Assembly (NCBI GenBank): GCA_964035545.1
Contig: OZ037768.1
Span: 12,967,675 to 13,031,674 of the forward strand
Length of the DNA stretch: 64,000 bases
Reading direction: 5' to 3'
DNA from: Bugula neritina
Lineage: Eukaryota; Animalia; Bryozoa
Part shown: one piece after another, positions 36,953-56,306 of the stretch
Numbering within the stretch: the stretch's first letter is position 1
Layout: each line of letters starts with the position of its first letter
Notes under the pieces: model-generated
Database searches by the model: none
The model's input: only the letters and a program-made list of their open reading frames with translations
What the model was told of the DNA's origin: nothing
Translations under genes and position numbers: made by a program

Positions 36953-39900
36953 AGGAGCAGGGTGGGACACGCCGCCGCCTGTCCGTACGGACACGACGGT
37001 ATACTCCCCCCGAGTGGCAGGTACCACGCAGGACTAGCAGGCCTGCACAGCGGCCGAGTACCTTCTCCTTGTCACTCACCAACCGGTTCCACCGGTTACC
37101 TCGGGAAGAGGAGCCCGCCACTGAATTAGAGCCAGAAGGCCCAGTGGAGAGCTCTGAACCTCGCCAGCACCGACCACGCCGCCGGAAACCCCATAAACCA
37201 CGGGTAATACCCCGCCGTCCTACCCATTTAGGACAACACATGCGGGGGGGGGTGAAAGTGCAACCACACGGAGAGAGCTATTTCCTACCCGGAAAGGTGG
37301 CGGGTAATGCCGTCACCTTCCTGCTAGACTCTAGTTGTACTACCAACCTTCTCAAACGTAGAGTCTTTGAGGCACTGCCCCGCCAAGACAGGGATAGAGT
37401 ACGACCGTATACAGGAGAACATGGCACCCTAGCAGGAGGGTCGTGTATTTCCTTCTACGGTATTATCGAGCTCCCTGGGCGTGTCCAAGACCAGGCTGTA
37501 CAAGAGACCTTTGTTATAAGCCAGCTGGAGGAAGATGCTATCCTCGGAATGCCTTTCTTGAAGCAGCACCAATGCCGCATAGACTTTAGCAAGTCGGCAA
37601 TGCTGATGGGCGGGCGAGAACTCGCCTGTGTGGATAGGTTTGGGCGTCCTCTGGTGAGCGGTGTTCAGGTAGTTCGAAACTGCACTGTACCCGGGCGCTC
37701 TAGAGCCACTATCCACTGCCGAGTGAACAGCAACCGGATAGCAAGACTCGGGGTCGTTGAAGGCGCGCAAGAAAGGATCCAACTCGCCAGTAGTTTAAAC
37801 CAACTGACTGAGCGAGGGGAAATCTTAGTGCAGTGTGTCAACCCCTTCACCGAGCCCATCAAGCTCCCAGCTGGGTCAATGCTGGGCCGGTTCCACTCCG
37901 TCCAGGAAGAGGACGTGGGCCCGTCGCTAGGTGATGCGACGGAGGCACCCCCTCGGCACCCTACTCAAAGGCAAGGGGTGGTCCCAACACACATCCGGGA
38001 GTTATATGAAACAGCCTGTGGTGGCTGCGCGAGTAACAAGGAACGCCAAGCTATGGCGAAGTTACTACGCGACTACGGTGATGTGTTCAGCAGCGGAGAT
38101 CATGACGTGGGACTGACTGGAGTTGTCAGACACGAAATACCGCTGACTGCAGGGACAGCCCCTGTCCGGCAACCCACACGCAGGCTGGGGCCGGAAAAAG
38201 AGAAGGAGGTTAGCCGACAAGTACGGGATCTTCTGGACCGCGGCCTCATAGAGCCCGCTCATAGTGCGTGGAGCTCGTCGGTCATACTGGTCCGGAAGAA
38301 AGACGGCAGTTGGCGGTTCTGTGTGGATTACCGCAAACTCAATAGCGTAGCCATACAGGACGCCTACCCCCTACCTCGTATTGACGAGTCACTGGATGCC
38401 TTAGCCGGCAGCAAGTACTTCAGTACGTTAGACTTGCTGAGTGGCTACTGGCAAGTTCCTCTGAGTCCCGACGCCCAGGAGAAAGCGGCGTTTATCACAC
38501 GGGACGGTTTGTGGAAGTGGAAGGTGTTGCCTTTCGGGTTAACCTCCTCCCAGCCACTTTCCAGAGGCTGATGGAGCAAGTCCTCAGCGGGCTCCATTGG
38601 AAGACACTGCTGATCTACCTCGATGATGTTATCGTGATCTCCCCAGACTTCGAGACGCATGTCAGTCATCTGCGGGAGGTCTTCGAGAGACTCCGAGGTG
38701 CCGGTCTTAAGCTCAAACCTTCCAAGTGCGCTCTGTTGCAGCCGGAGGTCAAGTACCTGGGGCACGTTTTCGGTCGAAACGGCGTGGCAACGGATCCCGA
38801 AAAGGTACGGGCGATAGAAGACTGGGTCACCCCCCAAGACTTGATCGGACTTCGGGCTTTCTTGGGGCTGGTAGAGTATTACAGGCAATACATACCGGAC
38901 TTTGCGGGCATAGCACAGCCGTTAAACCGGCTCACCACAAAAGGGGTGACGTGGCAATGGATCCCGGTCGAACAAAGAGCGTTCGACCACCTCAAGGGTT
39001 GCCTACTAACGGCGCCCATCTTGGCCTACCCAGACCCCACTCTGGAGTACATCCTCGACACTGACGCCAGTGACCAGAATGTTGGCGCTGTGCTGTCTCA
39101 AGTGCAGGAAGGCCGAGAAGTAGTAGTAGCCTACTACAGCAAGTCTCTCTCACCCGCTGAACGGGACTACTGCACTACCCGCAAGGAGCTGCTGGCAGTA
39201 ATCAAGTCAGTGAAGCACTTCAGACCATACTTATACGGCAGGGAGTTCCGGCTGCGTACGGATCATGCCTCGCTGATCTGGTTGTGCAAGAGAGCAGCGC
39301 CCTCCAGTCAGGTCGCCCGGTGGCTCGAAATCCTAGCTGAGTTCTCGTACCGGATCGAACATTGACCGGGCAAAAGACACAGCAAAGCGGATGGGCTGAG
39401 CCGCCGACCTAATGGAGGTTGCAAACAGGGTCTCAACATCGAGAGGAGGGACGGAGGTCCCCCGCGATGCGAATTAGAGACACTGGCTCACCACAGAGCA
39501 CAGTTTGACTGGGATCAGGGTCAGCTCAGGCAGAAAGTTAACGAGTCCCCGGAGGTTGTACTAAACCTCCGCGCCAATCCTGTACTGACCGGTAATGTCC
39601 GGGAGCTGAAGAAGCTCCAAGGAGAGCTGTCTGGGGTAGTAGCGGACATATATCGGACCAAAAAGGAAGGGCGGCGACCCAGCAAGGAACGCATACGGCA
39701 GGGATGCGCTGAGTTCCGGCTATACTGCCAGCGTTGGGACTCGCTGCGGATCAGGCAGGATGGTCTACTGACCATTTCTCTAGCTGCCAGCGGCAGACAT
39801 CCGGAGAGGAAGAGGGTGGTCTGTCTCACTGCCATCCGCCGTGAGTTGATTTGGGACACTCACAAACAGGCTCACGCAGGAGTCAAGAGAGTGATCTTCA

Positions 39901-41529
39901 AACTACGACTCCGGTGGTATTGGCCACAAATGAAGCGGGACGTCCGACTCAGAGTCAAGCAGTGCGAAATCTGCCAGGCCAGTAAGCATGGCCGTCTCCC
40001 TGGTGAAGCCGGACAGCGGAGGCTATATGCTGGCAGGCCCTGGCAAGTGGTAGCTGTTGACCTGGTCGGACCCATGCCCCTGACCCCCAGAGGCAATAGT
40101 TGGATATTAGTATTGACAGACCACATTACTATGTGGGCAGACGCTCTGGCTATCCCAGATGCGTCAGCCCCAAAAGTGGCCAGGGCGCTAGACCAACATG
40201 TATTCTGTTATTTCGGGCTTCCCGAACAGATACACTCTGATCAAGGCACGCAGTTTCAGTCCCAACTGATGAGCGACCTTTGCCGCCTCTAGAGAGTAAA
40301 TCAGAGCAGGACGACTCCCTATCACCCCCAAGGTAACGGGGTGGTGGAGCGCAATAACCGGATGCTAGGTGATGCGCTCCGAAGTCTCCTCCTTGGACGC
40401 GGTCAAGAGGAATGGGACACGGTGTTGCCGCAAATCATGCGTGCATACCGTAGCACCCCACACACCAGTACTGGTGAGACCTCAAACCTCTTGATGCTCG
40501 GGAGAGAGACTCGTATCCCTGACCATCTTACCTACCACGTTCCAGAGCAAGACAACTCGGTTCACGAGTATGCCAGTGAACTAGTGGAACGGATGAAGGT
40601 CGCACACGATATACTGCGCGAACAGCAGTGGAAGGTGCGACACGAAGATTTCAAGGAACCACCCCTATACCAGACGGGAGATAAGGTGTGAATGGTCAAT
40701 TACCGTAGGCGTCGCGGACAAGCAGCTAAGCTACAGCCTAAGTTCGTGGGACCCTACGTGATCGTCGAGGCGATGCGCAACCATACGTACCAGATCGAGC
40801 GCTCAGGACAGGTGTCTTTTCAGAATGAGTCTCGCTTGAAGCCGTATTGGGCTAGCCCTGACACAGCGGGAGAAGCCCCCCCCCCCCGTTGTTGGAGCCT
40901 AGAAGGCAGACAACAACGCGTCGGCGACGGCGGCAGGGACTTGAATATGAAGTCGTCATACCGCGGGAGGAAGACTTGGTGAGAGATGAGCGATCGCTTT
41001 TACCAACAGAAGCGCGCCCGCCACCGCCAAATCTAATTCCATCACTTCCAGAAACCGAGCCGGTTCCGGAAGTGCAAAACCCCATCGAGGGAGGGGTTCT
41101 ATCCGGAGAACAAGAAGAAGTGACCACCAACGGTGAAGTAGAGACGCCACCAGAGGCCCCTACTAATAAACCGGCGAGCGTGTCACCCCCCTAGAACGGG
41201 GACAACGTACGAGGAAACCCCCACCATATTTAAAAGACTTCGTATGTGACTGCATTAAAAACGGCACGCATGAAAGTCTAGGGGAAAACCGTACGAGAAA
41301 ATGTTGGAGTTGCAAGCCCCACGCAAATATCAACTTTTGCGAGGGCGGAGTAGTGGGAGGAATTAATGCGCATAAAGCAAATAGTTCCGACCTCGTGCCA
41401 CAGAAACGATGCCCAGCCTTTTCTTACGCTGACATCGCCAAGGGCAGACGTACCTCACAACTAGCTCCAACCTTACCACGAACATTGAGTATGGACACTA
41501 ATACCGAGTTCACAGGTAAGCCAGTATAA
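36901..41529 (+). pseudogene. pol: Pol of B2, disrupted
   Basis: Same motifs and the same stops as B1 (39363, 40290, 40689). Confidence 0.95.
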
Positions 41530-42309
41530 GTCTTGTATTCCTATCTATGGAAACAGGCCCGATGCCAGTAAATTCTGAGCTAATCCATCAGATTGAATCA
41601 GAATTACTGGGGACCGTTTAGTCCACTGATGTACGTGTTACTTGTGAATTATATTTTTTATATCAGAAAGAGGGCTTTCTGCTGGTGGGGGCGGTGTGGT
41701 GGCTCGTGGAGCTACCAACAGCACAATACGCAGGGTCGCGTATTGACCCGGAACAATGTACTCAGCCAATTAGCGAAGCTGCTAGTGAGTAGCAGTAGTT
41801 AGCTTCGCGCTACTAGTCAGTTGTGAATAGTGTGATAAATTAAATAGACGCGTAGATTTCTGGATATTCTGTACCGTTTTTATTATGTATCTTATACTCA
41901 AAATATACTCTTATTAACTCGATCTATCCTGGTGAAGTTCTCTGGCAAGTAAATAGACTCTCTTGATTACACATCAACCCTAATTCTGAAAAATACAACA
42001 CTATCACTAATTATAGGAATTACAAGAGTTTCTCTTTAGCAATATTCCAAAACATCCCATCTAGCTGGCTGGTGATATTCAAGCTGATACTTTAAGTATA
42101 AGACAGAGAGTTGTAACACTCAGCTCTCTGATGACTCTATTCTTCCAGAAAAGGTTTGCTACTTCCAGACATCTCTTTATGTATATCTACTTTGTTGAAC
42201 TTATGTTCACATTGATGTTGTAAAAACTTCTACTTGCATTTGTTGTTCTGTTTTCTTCAGTGAAAGTTCCCAAGACAAGAGGAGCAGCAAATCGTCATGC
42301 ACACAAAAA

Positions 42310-42854
42310 AGTCGACATAACAGGTTATGACGAAGCCAAGACTTGTGAACATGTTGGCACATTCTTCTTAAATCATGTGACCAGTAAGAACGTCCCAGCT
42401 CCGGTTCACACCAAAACTAAGAAAAAGGAGTTTTGAGAGCTACACCTAAAACTATTGAAACTACAGAGAAAGACATACACAACATTTTTAAACAGCATGG
42501 TTTAAGAATCACAATTAAGGCAAATAAAAGAGCAGTAACTTCTTTTAGATATTTACCTCAATCTCACAAACCAAATATACAAACCATACAACAAACCAAA
42601 CAACATTCTCTCATACCTGTATGCAAAAGCAAATCATTCACTATAGATTCTCCAAAACAAACCAGAATCTATAAACAGACGACTCTCATCCATCTCGTTT
42701 AATTCTGCTACATTCAGCAACAATGCAATCACCTATCAAGAATCACTCTTCAAAAGCGAACACAATCACAAACTAGAATTTTATAAACCTAGAGCAAGCC
42801 CCAAGGAGCCGAATCGTTATTATAAGAGGAAAGTAACATGTTTCAACCCCCCCC
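42310..42854 (+). mobile_element. Penelope-like RT fragment, second copy
   Basis: Paralogue of 12447-12992. Confidence 0.8.
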
Positions 42855-44988
42855 ACGCTCCCCCCTCCCCCCTTTCTTTCAGTAGAAACATAGTGAACAA
42901 CATGAGCAAGATTGTTTGTGATAAGTTCCCTGCATAATGCTGCATAAAAGCCATAATCTATCAAACAAAGGTCAACAATGATAGCAATGCAGCAACAGAA
43001 ACATATCTGGTTCATTTTACTTAATCTAGTACACACTGAAAATCTCCAGTTTTTAGCTATTTTTTATAATTTAGCTGCTAATGAACATGGGTTTTTGCCC
43101 AAAACTAGTAAAATATAAATGAATGCACACCTAAATAGTTAAGGTTCTTCTTAATTTTGCTTGATTTCCCATGTTTTTTTCTAATTATTCAGCTCCTTTT
43201 CATTTTGGGGAGTTTTTTTTTCATAACACTCTGCAAAAAATGTTTCTATATCAAGGCTTTGTGCTGATTCTGAATTTGCAAACTCTAAAATTGTAGATCT
43301 ACCCATGCTAGAGTTATTGAGTAAAACAAGTATAAATTATGAGCACATAATATTGTAGCCTACAATATACGTAGCATCAATTATTAACTATAGCTGTCCA
43401 TAAACAATAATATTTTGTCAGATATGAAAGTAGATTGCTTCGTTTTTAAATTCTACACGGAATATAAATTTATAGATTGCAAAACACTATATTTTTCTTA
43501 TTCAAACTGAAGTTTTCAATAGAAACGCATGTCCGCTATATAATATGATGATGACACATAATAACATTTGACAGAAGCATACGTAATAATTATATAAAAG
43601 AAGCTAGTTATGTAAGATAGAAAGTATTTTATGTGAACGAGTCAAAGAATTAAATATTTGAAAGCAATATCATGGATGCATACATGTTGAAATCTTTTTA
43701 GCATCTTTTAACTCAGTCTTCTGTTGATTTGACAGTAATCTTTAAATGTAATATCTGCAATTAAGGGAGGAGATAATAGCAAAGCTTAGAGTTTTTCTTT
43801 TGAAAATATTATAGCTGAGCCAAACAAATTTTAACTTCCAAGTGATTATTAAAATAAATAGTACAAAGAGTATGCATTTTAACCAAGAACATTGTTTCGA
43901 AAATACTGTTTATATAATATATTGTTCAATTTAAATCTGTTGGTAAATGTTAACGGACACATAACAAAACTAGCCACTAGGATTACTTGTTTTATTGGTT
44001 TAGTTTGACAAATACAACATTTTGCTGTTATGTTTTTGGATAGAATTTCACTAAATAGATCGACATTATATGCTATACACAAATAATATTATACAACTAC
44101 TTTCTCTGAGGAAGCAACTCCCAAGTTTCTTTACAAATGCTTATATGCTGGTTACTACCAACACACTTAGAGGATCCTATATTATGTATCAAGTCAAGAT
44201 GTGTCAAGCAGAAAGTTTTTAATAATTCAAATGACTTTTGTCAAAGTAACAAAGTAATTAACGTTTGACAACTTAAACAACACAGACAAATTAATACTAA
44301 TAACTTCTCATTAGAAAAAGTATGTTAATAGTTTTTAAAACTTTCTGTCATTAATGGCTGTTTGGCAAGTTTCTATAATAATCATATTTATTCATAACTG
44401 GTTTGTGGTAAAATGTATAATCAGTGTGGTTGACTATGCTTATCAACATTACATGCACCAGGGATTTATGTGGAATACTTAATCAACAACAAAGTATGTT
44501 TTGGTGTACACTTTATATGTGTGTATTGAAGGAGAAAATTAACTTTACCCCCAAATATATTGGCACAGAATATCACACACTAAATTGCTGCTCTATAACA
44601 TACAAGTGTAATTACACAAAATCGCTTGCGATAGACAAATATAGGTTGTATGTTGGAGCAAGCAGTATACACTCAACAAGTATTTAGAAATAAACATTAG
44701 GTAGGCACGTGAAAATAATTTTAAATTAGGATGTTTTAGTAATTTCACGCTAGTCGGTAGTCTAATATAGTTTTAAAGCTCCTGATGTTGAAGAATAAAA
44801 ATCAAAATAACAACATGATGGCTGGAAAAAGCATTGAGGTTTAAAGCATGGAATAAAGCACACTTCATTTTAAATCACAAGAGTAGTTTGAGAGCCAAGA
44901 ACTTATTCTTCCAATACAACATTTTAAAGACCAAATAATGATAATAATGATTTTATATAGTTTTCTGTAGTTTTTATATAATAGTTTT

Positions 44989-50619
<5,631 letters not shown>

Positions 50620-50978
50620 TTTCGCAGTATTAGCATATTAACATTCAACATAATATCAAGACAATAATGTTTTCAATAGAAATGTAGACTAATAATTATG
50701 ATGTAAGCAGTTTTTGTTGTGGGTAGTATTATGATTGTGATGTCATACAACAATGGTATCCCAATTTAAATGTAGCAAATATTTATATTTACTATTACAT
50801 TAACTTCAATATCTTGTTATTAGGACTTATAAGCAACAATTGCGAGTTCTCCATATTTTACAAAGTTGTAAATAAATTGTTTTAAAAATAGTTCTTAATA
50901 TACAAGTTAAGTAGCTGCAGGCCAATTGGCTCTAAGTGAATGCATTTTGAATAACTTTTTCACTGCAGGTTTTTAAAG

Positions 50979-51703
<725 letters not shown>

Positions 51704-54157
51704 TTATAATAACAATTGAGTACTATTTATACTCTATTTTCAGCATGTTTTTTTATTTACTTATATATATGGTTGTGCATGCAGTTCACCATTATACATC
51801 TTGAGTAAATTAGAATAGTTCTAAATGTTTATTAGTAACTGTAATTATGAACGTCCCATTATTAATGGTCTCATAAAAAAATTCAGGTATTTCGACACAA
51901 CGTGCATGTACATAATACAGGAAAATTAAACAGTTTGTGAATATTAGGGGTAAGGGGGGGGGGAGGGAGAGGAGGAGGAGGGCATAACGGGCTGAAATTT
52001 GAGTTTTTCCTCTCATTCCTCTGTTTTTCATGTTACTAGTTCAATAATCTCTAATCTAAATGCTACATCAGTTGTCTATTCTTGGTATCAGTTGGTTGGT
52101 TGCTTCTATTTCTTTCACAACTAGTGTAATGTTCATGACGAAAAAAATGGCCCATTGTACCCCGGTACGGGGTACAATGGGCTACTGGGTGGGACACAAC
52201 AAATATATTGAAACTTTGCTAATTTGGTTACATCTGATTCTTTTTATTATTTAATATTACAAATAAATAAAAGATATTCTTTCAGATCTACAGGAAAAGT
52301 CATGTTTTATCTGTACAGTTTGTGCCACCACAGATAGTAGGGGAGGCAAAATCAAACGCACATAACTCATTACTGTTTAGAACTAAAATTGTTTTTTTTC
52401 TATTTCCACTTCACAGGAACTTTCATCATAAAAAACCTTCAATAACATGTACTAAAAAGTTCCGAGCAGATTTTTTTTGTGAACTGTAGCTAAGGTGCAT
52501 GGCTGAGGTTTGTGACTGGCGTGCAGAAGGAGGAGGGTGGGGGAAATGAGCAAATCACAATTTATTTTTGTCAATTACATGTATATTTCCTCAATGATTT
52601 AATGTATAGTGAATATCATTACTATCCATTAGTAGCAAAAGCAGAGTGTTTGGTATGATGTATAAAATGGCAAATCGCTATAACCTCACCAGATGTATAT
52701 ATTAGGGGAGCTTTACCTTGCAGTTTGGTAGTCTTACCATGATGTCTTTGATATTTTACAAAAATGTCAGAAAAGGCTATATCTATAGATTTTAATATTT
52801 GAACTAATTTTTTGGGCAAACAAACTAATAACAGTGATCATAGTGCAATGATCAGGTGGCCAATTGTGGCCCGATCAGCATGGCCCATTGTGCCCCGTGT
52901 GGCCAAGGTGAAAATAAATGTGGCTCAAGGAAATTTTATTTTAGAGTTTGTTATTATACTGGTTAAGCAATGTAGAGACAAGCTATGGTAACAATATCAG
53001 TAAAATCTAGGCTTGTTACTTTTGAGTATAAAAATTTACCAAGCTTTAGCGACATCTTAAAAAAATTAGGTAAAAACAGTTTTTGACTTGCCTCTTCAAC
53101 ATGTATGCTCCACGAGTGTTGAAACTACAATGGTTGAATTATTATGTCAATACCACTTTTTTTATTAAAAAAAAATCACAATTCTAATAAGTCAATAAGT
53201 TCTCACAATTTGACTGGCATTTTGTACCCCTACGACTGTTGTACCCCCCTCTCCCTACTATTAAATTTTAATAACCCGTGAGAGAGAGTTATCTTCTCTC
53301 TACTATATTGACTGCTCTTACGAATCTGGAATTAAATGAAATTCTGTAAACCAACTTCAAACTTATGTCAGACTGCACTGGCTAGTCAGAAAGATACTTT
53401 ATAATATTTCAGTTGCCTTATTAGAATTGGAAGCCATTAATGTACCCCATGTAGTGTGGAGTAACTGTTACTCTTTGCTTTGCTGTTTTTAAATGAAAAC
53501 CTGAAATATCGCTTTTCTTCCGTCTTTATATTAATCTTCAAATCTCAGTTCTGATATGAATAAATTTTTCAGTTGCTGGTGCAAGCAGTTAACTGGTCAG
53601 ATTGGTTGTTGGCAAATATTGAGAAACGAGGCTTTTGAAAATATATTAAAATCTTTTTGTTTATTTTTTTCATCTATCTCGGAATTAGTGCCACACTACT
53701 GAATCATTGATCAATACAAAATAAAAACATTTCCTAATCAATTTGCTTTAAAAATGATGGCTTAACATAAGCTACAACCTCTACATTTCAATTTTGAATC
53801 ATTGAAATAAAACACGTTTTAACGTGTTAAGTTATGATGAGGATCAACGTTGAGCAAAATAAAAGGACATAACACCCATTTACCACATAAAATATATCCC
53901 AAGATGCATTGGTAGAACAGACAGTAAAAGTGCACTACATTAAAACATTATATAACATGCTAAGTAAGAGGTAGAAACAGATAACAGATACTTTCAGTTA
54001 GTTACCTAACATCAATATTCTAGATTATCATAACACAATGTAAACTAACTATTAAGACAGTACATATGACAGTACATATAAACAGTAATTGTCAGATTAG
54101 TATATACTTATGTAAACTAGAGTCTAACTAGAATATTTAATGAACCGTATCAGGGAG

Positions 54158-54310
54158 TTACGTCTCTTTTGCTTTAGACATGTCCAGTCTGTACTGGTTT
54201 CTGCTGAAAAAGTCCTTGAAACTTGATGCGTATCGATTCTTCACAACAGCCAAAATTGTCAACAGATTACCAGAACCAAGTATAAAGAAAATGCCACTCA
54301 AAAATGGTAC
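54158..54310 (-). CDS. TMEM120: TMEM120-like terminal coding exon (orphan)
   Basis: After a CTTCAG acceptor: VPFLSGIFFILGSGNLLTILAVVKNRY, matching from memory the last TM helix of TMEM120 (WQ|V..L...F.IL..GN.LT.L.VV). Confidence 0.6.
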   Translation of the reverse strand, partial: VPFLSGIFFILGSGNLLTILAVVKNRYASSFKDFFSRNQYRLDMSKAKET

Positions 54311-54858
54311 CTGAAGTATACAATATACACGTATCTTACAAATGATCAAATGCTCTGCATTGCAGACAACTAGGTTGCAAGATATTTGTCTTTGTTTATT
54401 GCATAATAATCGATGAACATCTAATAAGCAATATTAGAGAAAAAGCTCTAGGTTACAATAAGATTGGTACTGAAAGACATGTTGAAAAGTCTTGCCATAT
54501 GGATCAGATTTCCACAAATATTTTGCACAGTCAGCAAAGTATGGCTGTTTTGTTCTGATGTCAATTGATTGAGTTCACTTTTTGAGTTGCAGTTTAAATT
54601 TTCAAGACAAAAAATTATTATTGACAATAGTGACTGAGATTTCAAAATGAAACAATTTTATGGTAAAAGCAGCAAAGCGATTAGCAAATACAGTTAATAG
54701 CTCAAGTTTCCCTCCCAATATAATATTGTGTATGACAGGTAAATCCTTCAGTGGGTTTCCACTTCACACGCTTTGAAATGTAAAATTCTGCTCTATACAA
54801 AAGGAGCTTTGCTTTGTTGTATACTCAAAAAAATTGTAGCCTGAAAACAGAAGCTAGC

Positions 54859-55132
54859 TGTAGTAATTTTGTGCAATTACTGTGCGTGAGTTCCTAGCTT
54901 GTAATTATAGTCTATTTATCCACATCAATAAAGTATTTAAATAAGATTCAACGAGGTTTATTTACTACTAATTATAATAAGAGGTATGAAAAGTACGCAG
55001 ATTAAAAACACTACATCTTTACTCCTTTAGTACGCTCTCTCTACTACTTTCCACATCGCTGGGGGTTATCACATGACGCACTCTTATTGGCTAAAGGGGC
55101 TTGGGGGACGCGCGTATTACGTACTCACTACA
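54859..55132. mobile_element. Solo LTR (274 bp)
   Basis: TGTAGT..ACTACA termini, 4-bp TSD TAGC on both sides. Confidence 0.85.
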
Positions 55133-55171
55133 TAGCTTCTCATTTGCATTAAAATTTATTTTTCTCCAACT

Positions 55172-55566
55172 CAGAAAGTAGGGCTTTCTGCTGAGGGGGG
55201 CGGTGTAGTGAGTCATGCAAAGTATAAATACGAGAATCGCCCTCTCTCCATTCTGGGAATACTAAGGCCTCTATGTAGTAACCAATCAGCAGCACCGGAA
55301 GATATGCTTCCGACTCACGTGACAGTTCCCGGGCAATTGACATTGATCACGTTGTTGTAAGCGTTGTTGTAAGCGAGGGCTTGAAGTAGAAACATGTGTT
55401 AGTGGTTGACTTATGTATAGGATAATTTGATGTAATGTTTGCTTTGTATTATATTGTGGATAATAAACATAATTACTCGACAGCTACCCTAGTAATTGCT
55501 AGCAGAATAGCCAATTAAGTACACAAGTAGATAACCCACAAACTAGTAATTCCAAGAATTACTACA
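55172..55566 (+). mobile_element. Orphan PPT plus 3' LTR (55204-55566) of another family member
   Basis: Conserved hairpin-PPT, then TGTAGT..ACTACA (363 bp); no PBS after it and no internal body before it. Confidence 0.8.
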
Positions 55567-56306
55567 ATACCAACATCCACACTCATCACCGTCGAATTCC
55601 CAAAAGGAGGAAAGGGAAGACTGCTTCATCTTGACTTTTGTATTTACTTTTTAACTTCATGCAGGAATCTTTAATATTACTTCTTCTTCTTATCATTTTA
55701 TACAGTTTTATTATTAGGACGCAGCCACAGGCGAGAAAAGAGAAGAGCTACTCTGCCTGCATCGGTACGTGGTTGCCAGGAGAGGAGAGGGAAGAACTAC
55801 TCTGCTTAACAGTATTCCTCCTAAAAATAATGTTACATTGATACGTTGTCGCTAGGACGAAAAAAGGAAAGAACTCCTCTGTCAGTTGTCTCTTGCACTT
55901 CGTCATAGTGGGGGCACTATCTGCCATGACAATCATCAGCATTGCTGTTATGTCGCCACAGGAATCCAGTCAAGCAGCCAGCATCTAGTCGACAAGAATG
56001 TGATGAATGATGTGACTGCGCTACGGTGGTGCCAGGAGAAAGAATTATGCCCCGCCATTAAAGTCTCACCTGCAACAGAATGCCAGCAACTGTTGAAGGG
56101 GTTTACACCTGTCAGTACGACGCCTCGACTGAGTCTCGCAATCTACTAACCACTGATTAATAATAAATCATGTGGCCGACCGCCCCACTCAACTCATCAG
56201 TGAATCACCTGACTTGGGAAACCAACTTTATCGTTATGATAAAGCGAGACTGATTTAAAGCTACCAGCTTGAATTCTACTTAAATAATAGAATTATACTA
56301 GTAGAC

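Larger units (their letters stand above)
35747..42000 (+). mobile_element. Ty3/Gypsy family B, copy B2 (ORF3 deleted)
   Basis: LTRs at 35747-36052 and 41695-42000; TSD CTAT; same flanks as B1; ~1.2-kb deletion at ~41616. Confidence 0.97.

Noticed and set aside
54700-54842. Possible upstream TMEM120 exon (LYR-x14-EGF spacing)
   Set aside because: The conserved LYRLRALG core is absent and there is an in-frame stop; probably coincidence
55886-56149. Plus-strand ORF faintly like a Merlin/IS1595 transposase N-terminus
   Set aside because: Too short, with no DDE domain or TIRs seen
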